From: Yuukianura sp. NJ FZ-2021
Lineage: Eukaryota
Assembly (NCBI GenBank): GCA_046563655.1
Contig: CM102286.1
Span: forward strand, 1,798,001 to 1,862,000
Reading direction: 5' to 3'
Length of the DNA: 64,000 bases
In this document: piece after piece, positions 1-8,102 of the stretch
How the letters are laid out: every line of letters starts with the position of its first letter
Position numbering within the stretch: position 1 is the first letter of the stretch
Notes under the pieces: generated by a model
What the model was told of the DNA's origin: nothing
The model's database searches: none
What the model saw: the letters and a program-made list of their open reading frames with translations, nothing else
Translations under genes and position numbers: made by a program

Positions 1-68
1 TATTCAATTTTGACAAATCTATTTCGAATTTTGATGAATTTTTAGATCAAGGTTCCAAAATTTTGAAA

Positions 69-599
69 CTATGGTCGCGGCGGCGGTCTGTTCCAGGAGT
101 AGTCGCCTTTTTGAAGCACATGTGCTGCCGTTCCTTGGTTGCCATAAGTAAAGTGTGACGTTGCAGGAGGTGACTGTCCGCCAAACCCTAGGTATCCACC
201 ACCAACAGGCTGACCGTTAACCGTGACTGTTTTCTGGGCTGGTCCAATGACGTTCCCGTAGTCATCAATTTCTTCAATGACAGTTTCCTGGACAGTCGTT
301 GTAGTCGTAGTTACGTAGGAATCGTACTCTTGATCAATGCCTCCCCCGTGGCGACATCGTTTTCTCGCACAGTAGATCAAGATATAAAGTAAAGTCATAC
401 CAACGAAAACACCAACGATAATGCAAACCAGAGTTGTGGTGTCCATGCGGTATCCACTTCCAGTACCGTAAGAACTTCCACTGTTGGTATGGTAGTACCG
501 AGTACCGTGACTCCCGCCGTATCCGGAACCGACACTGCTATGGGAGGTCGTGGTTTTGGTAACTTTTGTGCTTGTTGTTACCCGGTACTTTTTGGCCAT
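69..599 (-). CDS. Small single-pass membrane protein, tandem family member 1 (176 aa)
   Basis: Single-exon ORF with a T/S/G/Y-rich N-terminus and no signal peptide. One hydrophobic helix (LVCIIVGVFVGMTLLYILIY) is followed by CARKRCR, then the motif TTTTTVQETVIEEIDDYGNVIGP shared with neighbouring genes. Confidence 0.8.
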   Translation of the reverse strand: MAKKYRVTTSTKVTKTTTSHSSVGSGYGGSHGTRYYHTNSGSSYGTGSGYRMDTTTLVCIIVGVFVGMTLLYILIYCARKRCRHGGGIDQEYDSYVTTTTTTVQETVIEEIDDYGNVIGPAQKTVTVNGQPVGGGYLGFGGQSPPATSHFTYGNQGTAAHVLQKGDYSWNRPPPRP

Positions 600-994
600 T
601 TTTCTGGACCAGGTTTCGGCAACAGCTGATGAGAGCGGTTCTGGGGCAAGTTGAGATTTGCTGTCCTCAAAAGTGGCTCTGCTGTCTCGTAATACTAATG
701 GAAACGATACCGTAAATCCCCGAGTAGCTTATTTAGTTACCCCTGGAGTACTGATGGCAACGTTGACCTCTGGGAGGGGTTAGGATGTGGACTTGGCTTG
801 AGGGCGTTATATTTGAAGATTTACGGTAACTTTACAACGATCTGCGTTTGTTTAGAAATTTTGATTGAAAAACTGCAGCGTATCCATGACCAAATTTTTA
901 TCAAAAACGAAATTTATTCTGTCGGAATAAATTCCAAGTTCACAAAAATTTTTCTAAACCAATCAGAATTAAGGTAAGCATAGAAGTCTAGCTT

Positions 995-1549
995 CTATTT
1001 TCCGGAAGTATTCCTTTGGGTAACTCCAGTTGCGGTACTGCCCAATACTCCTGCTTGGTACTGGGTACTGCCCAATGCTGTTGTAGGATACTGCTGTCTC
1101 TTCGGAGGATCTAGGCCGTATGCCCTTGCAGGATTACCGTAGTTCCCTTGTAGAGGAAAGTGCTGTCCTCCATAAGCGTAGCTTCCAAACGTAGCGTAAC
1201 CAGTTCCAACACTCGGAGGTTCATCGGCCACCGTGACTTGTGGCTGGACAAGAACGTCTTTCTGAATTTGTTCAACTACAGGTTCATCTACAGTTGTAGT
1301 AGTCGTGGCTGTGATGTCGCCACCATAGACTCTATGTCTCCTCCGCGCTCTTTTGCATGACCAGATGACAGCAATAAGTATCATGACGACAACGAAGACT
1401 ATGGCAAAGCCCAGGATGGTCCAAGTGGCGCTGTCGGATGAGTTGGAAGTGTAGCTGGCTCTACCGGAACCACCTCCACTGAACGTACGCGTTTTATTCG
1501 TAGTATGCGTTTTATTCTTGGCTATACCTTTGGTACGTCTGTCCTCCAT
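995..1549 (-). CDS. Small single-pass membrane protein, family member 2 (184 aa from MEDRR)
   Basis: ATG at 1549 gives the MEDRR start shared with members 3 and 4. TM helix WTILGFAIVFVVVMILIAVIW, then SCKRARRR, TTTTTVDEPVVE and a G/Y/Q-rich tail. Confidence 0.8.
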   Translation of the reverse strand: MEDRRTKGIAKNKTHTTNKTRTFSGGGSGRASYTSNSSDSATWTILGFAIVFVVVMILIAVIWSCKRARRRHRVYGGDITATTTTTVDEPVVEQIQKDVLVQPQVTVADEPPSVGTGYATFGSYAYGGQHFPLQGNYGNPARAYGLDPPKRQQYPTTALGSTQYQAGVLGSTATGVTQRNTSGK

Positions 1550-1586
1550 GTTGAAATATTTTCTAAACGAAAAGCCCACTTTTTCT

Positions 1587-1700
1587 GGCAATACTCACAA
1601 TTTGTAATATTTTCTTGCAATATTCGCAATTCGGAATATTTTCTTGCAATATTCGCAATTCGAAGTATTTTCGAGGAATATTTGTAATATTCTTGGATAT
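1587..1700. repeat. ~29-bp tandem repeat (about 3 copies plus degenerate ends)
   Basis: GCAATATTCGCAATTCGGAATATTTTCTT-like units lie immediately upstream of family member 2. Confidence 0.7.
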
Positions 1701-2094
1701 TCCTTTCAGCAGCTGAAGCGAAATAGAGTAAACCGCTAACTTTTTTTCTACTGGGAATTGAAATAACGTCGTTTTTGAAAGAAAAAATATCAAAATGTGA
1801 AATCTGGATTTGATGTTGATTTACGAAAAATGTGAAAAACTGATTTTGCGTAACTATACCACCGGAAATCTTGATGCTAAAAAATAGATTTTGAAAATTT
1901 TGAGTTCAAAATTACGATTATTTTTGGACTTTTTTTTTTATTGTTCCGTCGGAATCAGGTTTACAAAAATTTTGGTTATCCATTAAATTAGGAATAATTT
2001 TACGAAAGCTTGTAAAAAATTGCCTTTTATAAAAAAAAATCTTTTTTTGAAATTTTAATCAATTATTGTTCGATTTTTGAATTATCTTGTTTTT

Positions 2095-2796
2095 TTATCT
2101 TCCGTACATTTTCACTTGGCCAAGTCCAGCTCTAGGATACTGCTGGGCTGCGGTGCTGCCGTATGCTGAAGGATACTGTGCTGTGGTACCGCCGTATCCT
2201 GTCGCAGGATACTGTTGTGCTGTGGTACCGCCGTATCCTGTCGCAGGATACTGTTGTGCCGTGGTACCGCCGTATCCTGTTGCAGGGTACTGCTGTGCTG
2301 TGGTACCGGTACCGCCGTAGGCGGGATAGCCGTAGTTTCCCATTGCAGGGTACTGCTGTCCCCCATAAGCATAGTTTCCAAACGTATTGTATCCTGTTCC
2401 AACATTTTGAGGTTGGCCATTGACTGAGACGATTTTTTGTGGTTGGCCAATGACGTTTCCATCGTCATCAATTTCTTCAATGACAGTTTCCTCAACAGTT
2501 GTGGTGTTGGTAGTTGTGTAGCCGTAGCCACCATAGCCATAACCTCTTCGCCCGCGTTTACAAGAGTAGCAGGCTGCCAGAATGGTGATGAGGACAAGAA
2601 TGGCTCCGACAACACCAATGATTATCCAAGTTGAGCCATCAATTGATCCTCCGCCACTGCTGTATCGGCCGGAACCACCACTGTAATGTGATGAAGATGA
2701 GTAGTAATGATTGCCAGAACCGCCTCCGCTGTAGGTTGAAGATGAAGTCGTGTAAGTTTTTGTCGTCTTTGTAATTCTGGTGCGTCTGTCCTCCAT
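2095..2796 (-). CDS. Small single-pass membrane protein, family member 3 (233 aa from MEDRR) with 13-aa tail repeats
   Basis: ATG at 2796. TM helix WIIIGVVGAILVLITILAA, then CYSCKRGRR, TTTVEETVIEEIDDDGNVIGQPQ and tail repeats TAQQYPATGYGGT. Confidence 0.85.
   Translation of the reverse strand: MEDRRTRITKTTKTYTTSSSTYSGGGSGNHYYSSSSHYSGGSGRYSSGGGSIDGSTWIIIGVVGAILVLITILAACYSCKRGRRGYGYGGYGYTTTNTTTVEETVIEEIDDDGNVIGQPQKIVSVNGQPQNVGTGYNTFGNYAYGGQQYPAMGNYGYPAYGGTGTTAQQYPATGYGGTTAQQYPATGYGGTTAQQYPATGYGGTTAQYPSAYGSTAAQQYPRAGLGQVKMYGR
2135..2310 (-). repeat. 39-bp coding minisatellite (TAQQYPATGYGGT x3 plus degenerate units)
   Basis: Repeated GTGGTACCGCCGTATCCTGTCGCAGGATACTGTTGTGC units on the + strand. 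Confidence 0.9.
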
Positions 2797-3307
2797 TTTG
2801 GAATTTTCTTGAAAGAGAAGCGGATTGACGATTTTTTGGGGAGCAGAGGGGGACTCAACGCTTTTTTGTAATGAAATTGCAACAAAACTCTGCTTTTGAA
2901 AAAAGAAAATGATTTCTAAAACAAACGTGAGTTTACTACGTAACCTTACCACTACAATGTATGATAAAAAAAAGATTAAAAAAATTGATTTTGAAAAAAA
3001 AAATGGTTAGGAAAATAAAACCAGAAAAAAAATTCTTGTTTTTCGAAAAAGTTCCAAAAAAGTAGACAAAAACGTTGGCAAAATGTAGCAAATTTTGTTA
3101 AAATTTCAAGTCTAAAAAATAATATCAATATCAATATCATGATACGTCAATATCATGGTCAAGTTTACAAGAATTTTTGGTTAGCTTCCAATAGAATCAC
3201 TGACAAAAAAAACTTTGAAAAAAAAATTGTTATATTTTTCAAAATTGTTATATTTTTCAAAATTATTAATCTATTTCCATATTTTGTTGTTGTTATAAGT
3301 TGAGTGT

Positions 3308-3811
3308 CTATTTTTTGGGAGTGTACGAGTACTGCGCACCGCCGTCGAGTGTTGATGGGTACTGCTGGGTTTCGGTACCGCCGTATGCTGTTGCCGGGTT
3401 CTGGGTACCTCCGTATCCTGTTGGTGGGTATTGGGTACCTCCAGAAGCATAGGTTCCAAACGTATTGTATCCAGTCCCAACATTTTGAGGTTGACCGTTG
3501 ACTGTCTGCGGCGGTCCAATGACGTTTCCAGCGTCATCAAGTTCAACGACAGTTTGGTTTACAGTAGTTGTATTCGCAGCTACGTAGCCGCCACCTCCAC
3601 CACCGCGACGGCACCGCCCGCGCTTACAACAGCAGTAGTAGATGATTACAAAAATTACCAAAAGTGCTGTGAGAGCAACCACAACGTAAATGATTATCCA
3701 AATCGTGTTATTCGTTGAGTCTGACGTTTTCACGCCTCCTCCGTGCCCGGTTGAGCCGAAAGCTGGTGCTGGTTTAGGTTTGCTGTAGTAGTGACGTCGT
3801 CTGTCCTCCAT
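3308..3811 (-). CDS. Small single-pass membrane protein, family member 4 (167 aa from MEDRR)
   Basis: ATG at 3811. TM helix IWIIIYVVVALTALLVIFVIIYY, then CCCKRGRCRR. The segment VVELDDAGNVIGPPQTVNGQPQNVGTGYNTFG is near-identical to member 3. Confidence 0.85.
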   Translation of the reverse strand: MEDRRRHYYSKPKPAPAFGSTGHGGGVKTSDSTNNTIWIIIYVVVALTALLVIFVIIYYCCCKRGRCRRGGGGGGYVAANTTTVNQTVVELDDAGNVIGPPQTVNGQPQNVGTGYNTFGTYASGGTQYPPTGYGGTQNPATAYGGTETQQYPSTLDGGAQYSYTPKK

Positions 3812-4133
3812 TTTCAAAATGTCTTGGATCAAAAAAATTTTTCCGGACTAACCCGTTTTATGCAAAAATTGTAATTGCAACAAGTCTTGTTTTTTTAAAA
3901 ATGTCGATTTGAGAAACAAATTTATCTTATTATGTAGCCTTGCCACCGCAACCATTTTCAAAAAAAAGTTTTTAAAAGGCAAAATTCGTCAATTTTAAAA
4001 AAAATTTTACTACGCAAAAATCGAGCTTGGAAAAGCTCGCAATACTGCATGAATGTTATTACACCTTGAAATAAATCACGACAAAAATGGACAAAAACGT
4101 TGCCAAAATTTAGAAAAAAAGATTATGAAGAGT

Positions 4134-4574
4134 TTAGTCATCGTCGTAACCGTCACCGTCGTAGTCGTGGCCACCATAATCGTCATGTATGCAGACGTCG
4201 TCATGGTAATGAAAGTGGTCGTCATGAAAGTGGTGATGATGACAAAATGGGTCGTCAATGATGGTAGTAGTGCCGTCGTAGTAGCCAGAGTCGTAGTAAC
4301 CTCCACTGTATCCCACCCCACCGCGTCCTCTTCTGCGACAAGAAATGACGCATACGACGATGAAAGCAATAATGACCATGATTGCCGACAAACCAATGAC
4401 AAGTCCGATCGTTGTTGGTGATGCCAGTAGGCTGCTACTGCTGCTGTAGTGAGTTGTGCGATAGCTTCGTCCGTGACCGTAGCCAGAGCCGTAGCCATAG
4501 CCCGAGTTGTGGTAGACGACGACTCTAGGAGGAGGACGGATAAACGGCCGCGGTCTATGAATGATAACTGCCAT
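4134..4574 (-). CDS. Small single-pass membrane protein with His/Asp-rich C-terminus (146 aa), divergent array member 5
   Basis: TM helix IGLVIGLSAIMVIIAFIVV, then CVISCRRRGR. The tail is FCHHHHFHDDHFHYHDDVCIHDDYGGHDYDGDGYDDD. Confidence 0.75.
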   Translation of the reverse strand: MAVIIHRPRPFIRPPPRVVVYHNSGYGYGSGYGHGRSYRTTHYSSSSSLLASPTTIGLVIGLSAIMVIIAFIVVCVISCRRRGRGGVGYSGGYYDSGYYDGTTTIIDDPFCHHHHFHDDHFHYHDDVCIHDDYGGHDYDGDGYDDD

Positions 4575-4917
4575 AATCTAGTTTTGCTCTGCGCAGACGC
4601 ATGAACACTACAAACTTTTTGAAAAGTTCTCCACACACCTCATGTTTCTGCCTCTTCACAAACTTTGTGGCAACAAATGAAAGAAAATCAACAAAAATTG
4701 TTCAGTAGGAAACACCAAATTTTGATAAATTTTTCATTTTAATAAAATTTGTGTAAAGTTACTGAAGATAAAAAAATTGAGGAAAAAAACGGTAATCTTG
4801 TCGAAGAGACGCGTTTGATTCAAAATTTTATTGAAATGAAAAAGTCAGAGAAAAATTTTGCTACAGAAATTTTAGAACGAAGTAAATTGAAGTTTGTCGC
4901 TTTGAAGTTCCGCTTTT

Positions 4918-5199
4918 TCAAATTTGTTCGTATACAACGACTTCGCCTGGAGCAGGTTCCTCGATGAGCACAACTTGCTGACGCCTGCGTGCCGGTGACC
5001 AGTACACTGCGCATGCCCAGATCAGACAAAACAAAAGCATCACGCCAAACAAACAGCCCAAAGCGATTCCAGCAGCAGCAGCTCGGCTTGTTTCGGATTC
5101 CTGACTGACTGTTCCGTTTCCAGCAGCGTTTCGGTTTTCGAATTCAACCGATCCAATGTCGTGTTCGTGATAACCGTGGTGATGGTGGTAGAGAGCCAT
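4918..5199 (-). CDS. Small single-pass membrane protein (93 aa), divergent array member 6
   Basis: His-rich N-terminus, TM helix AAAGIALGCLFGVMLLFCLIWACAVYW, basic RRR, then VVLIEE echoing the family VIEE motif. Confidence 0.65.
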   Translation of the reverse strand: MALYHHHHGYHEHDIGSVEFENRNAAGNGTVSQESETSRAAAAGIALGCLFGVMLLFCLIWACAVYWSPARRRQQVVLIEEPAPGEVVVYEQI

Positions 5200-5826
5200 C
5201 TTTTTCTCAAAACTCGCTCTTTTTCAAAAAATTCACTCAAATTTCAAATTTTGAAACTTTTACTTCGACAACTTCGAGTTCTCAAGTCTTATAAAGCAGA
5301 ATTTGGAAATATTTTTCCCAATGGAATTTCAATAATAATAATTATTCTTAGCTCTAAGTTTCCAAAGAAACAAACACATCCATTTTGAAAAATTGGAAAA
5401 TTTCAACTTTCTCATTTTTTCAAAAAAAAAATGTAGCCATGCTGCGCACGATAACTTCGGGCTTGATTTTGCGCATTGTGGTGCTGGTCACACAGAATAA
5501 AAGATTAAAAAGTGACCAATTGATCCATTGCCTTCTCAATTTTTTCAAAATTTCAAAAACTTTCCCAGTATCATGATTTTATTATTTCAAAATTATAAAA
5601 TCATAATTCTTCGGTTTCAACTCTTATGCCGCTTTTTCAGCATTTGAATTATTCAAAAACGAATGTGGGAAGGTTTCGAGTTAGGAAACCCAATAACGAT
5701 AAGACTTAAAAGAAGGGGAAAAAAGCTTTCACATTTCTTTTACAGCCCTAAAAGTCATAATATCAAACCGAATTTTGTTTTCACAGTGTTCGAACAAATT
5801 GCATGTAAATTGTGTTCTAAGTCGCC

Positions 5827-7362
5827 ATGATTAACAAAGTCACTTTTCGTGCATTTTGTGCCACTGTCCAATGCGGTAATGCCATTGGTTTGAGCTGCAT
5901 CAAGTGGAACCCAGAAACTCAACTTTTTGAACTGGCTCTACCCAATTTGAACTGCAAAATTTTCAAAATTGCAATTTTTAGGGTCGTTTTGGTTGGGCTA
6001 ATTGCGGCTCAGTTTTCAGTGGTGTCGTGGTGTGTGGCGCATGTCATTTTGTTCGGAGGTCAAGCGACGGAAGTACTCTGTGTATTGTTCCTCTTTTCAA
6101 TCGTCACAATAATCAACAGTATCCAGGCAGTATTGCTGCTCAAAAGTCGCCAAGTTGTGGAATACTGTAACGGTCTCTTTCTATTCAACAGGAGACTCGG
6201 TAAGTCAAGTTCCGAAGATCGGCAAATAAGTAGCAAAATACACTTTACGCATTTACCTTGTCTATCTGACTGTCAGCCTGTTTGCGTCAAAACTCTTCTA
6301 ACTCATGTAGATCAGTTACACTAGGTCACCTACGAGTAAAAACTCGACCTTTTGTACTACAATTTCAGAAGCATGAACATAAACAAATTGCCTGTGTCAA
6401 AGGTCAATGCATCTTGCGCTACTTATGTAGTACAACTTTTTCTAGGATTCGTCAATTTTGGGTTTTCCTTTTGTTTTTCTTTTTTTTTTCTTATTAGAAA
6501 TGAAGCTTTTCAAACTCCCACCAGAGAGAGACGGCCTGGAATGGTTGCTAATCGGATTGTTGACGATGATGGGACTGACGACAGTTCTACTAGGTCCAGC
6601 AGTCTATGTCCTTCTGCATCAAAACTTTGGATTTACCCAGACTTTGCGCATGCTGTTAGAGCGGATCCCATCAGGCAAAACTATCTTTGTGCTGGTGTTA
6701 GTATTCGGCACACTTCCGGATTGGGTCCACATCGACACATTCGTCCTCATCCTCATCCTCCACTGCCACATCATCTCCCACTGGCTCCATTTTCAAAATC
6801 AATGGTAAGAAATCAGTTAAAGTTAGGAAAAATAGTTAAGTTAAAGTTAGTTAAACAGCATAGTGTTTACCTTAACATGGATTCCAGGTTGGACGAACAC
6901 GGGAGTTCCGTTGGGTTGGAGAGCAGACGACTCATGCGCATTGTGTACAAAGCCAACCAAATCCTGCATGCTACTGCTGGAGACCTGGTGTTCCACTTGT
7001 TGCCGATCGTTCTGTGCGGCGTATGTGCCGTCGTCATCAGCTCCACTTTTTGCTGCTTTCGGTTCAGAATGTCAGAAAACCCAGTAATGATCGTGATCTT
7101 TGTAGCCATCGGCGGCTTTTGCTTCATTCTGCTCCATGTATTGCTCCACCAGGGAGCCAACATCACGCAGTACTCGCAGTACTTCAAAGTTGCGTTTGCC
7201 AAACACGCAATCGTGGGCAAAGGGGACTTTCGCTTCCTCAGAGCAACTCCTCCGCTGTACTGGAATATTGGAAATGTCTACACTTTGAAACAGCGAACAT
7301 TTCCAGTCGTCGTCAATAATATTATCGTCTGCTCACTCGTCAACCTTCTCATTTGCTTCTAA
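5827..7362 (+). CDS. Arthropod 7TM chemoreceptor-like (GR/OR superfamily) protein, copy A, 3 exons, ~384 aa
   Basis: Exons 5827-6199, 6498-6804 and 6888-7362 join in frame through GT-AG introns. The product has multiple hydrophobic helices and a C-terminus FLRATPPLYWNIGNVYTL...IVCSLVNLLICF resembling the chemoreceptor IC3/TM7 region. Length fits. Confidence 0.7.
6227..6425 (+). mobile_element. Putative Helentron-associated (DINE-1/HINE-like) non-autonomous element in intron 1 of chemoreceptor A
   Basis: Starts TAAGTAGC, ends GCTACTTA (inverted), with a degenerate (CTGT)n stretch near the left end. Related sequence occurs at ~8511-8950 and 31031-31082. Confidence 0.4.
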
Positions 7363-7384
7363 ATTAAACTCGGTAAACTACACT

Positions 7385-7472
7385 GTTTCGGCAGCGTTTC
7401 GGTTTTCGAATTCAACCGGTCCAATATGTCGTCTTCGTGAAGATAACCGTAGTGATGGTAGTATTGAAACAT
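7385..7472 (-). pseudogene. Truncated, frameshifted 5' fragment of array member 6
   Basis: Aligns with 5116-5199 (GCAGCGTTTCGGTTTTCGAATTCAACCG...). It reads MFQYYHHYGYLHEDD, then an indel shifts the frame, and the TM-coding part is absent. Confidence 0.75.
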
Positions 7473-8102
7473 CCTTTCCCAAAAATCCGCTCTTTTTAAA
7501 AAAATTCACTACAATTTTAAATTTTGAAACTTACTTCAACGACTTCGAGTACTTAAGCCTTATAAAGTAAAATTTCAAATTATTTTTCACAACGGAATTT
7601 CAATAATTATCAGCTCCAAGTTTACCAAAAAACAAACCCTTCCATTTTCATAAATTGAAGATGAAGAATTTCAATTTTAAATTTAAAAAAAAGTGTAGTC
7701 CCAGCATACGTGACTTGTGCTTGATTTTGCGCATTGTGCACACTGAATAAAAGATTGAAAAATTGAACAATTGATCTAATGCACTCTCAATTTTGTCAAA
7801 ATGTAAGTTCAAAAAGCTTTCCGAGTATGATGATTTTGTTATTTAGAAAACTATGAAATCATAAATCTTTAGCTTTCAAATGTTGCTTTCTCAGAAGCAT
7901 TTCAATTATTCAAAAACGAATGTGGGGAGGTTACGAAAGCAAATGTTTACCATAGGATGGGAGGTAAAACTTTCTGTTTTCCTTTTCGTTTTAAAAAGGA
8001 TTTTTTTTTGACTCCGCTAAAAGTTTTAATATCGAACTGAATTTTGTGGTGAAAGTGTTCGGACAAGCCATAAATTGTCTGTAAATTATGTTCTAAGTAG
8101 CA

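Noticed and set aside
2087..2634. Overlapping + strand and alternative-frame ORFs with Cys-rich repeats (GYCCAVVPPYPVA)
   Set aside because: Shadows of the 39-bp coding repeat on the opposite strand or frame, with no independent support.
4053..4636. Val/Met-rich and Thr-rich overlapping ORFs
   Set aside because: Alternative-frame shadows of the His/Asp-rich CDS at 4134-4574.
6352..6887. N-terminal part of the 336-aa ORF 6352-7362 (and likewise of 9254-10078) as real protein
   Set aside because: It is an off-frame read-through of exon 2 and introns. The spliced model uses another frame until 6888 (9601 in copy B).
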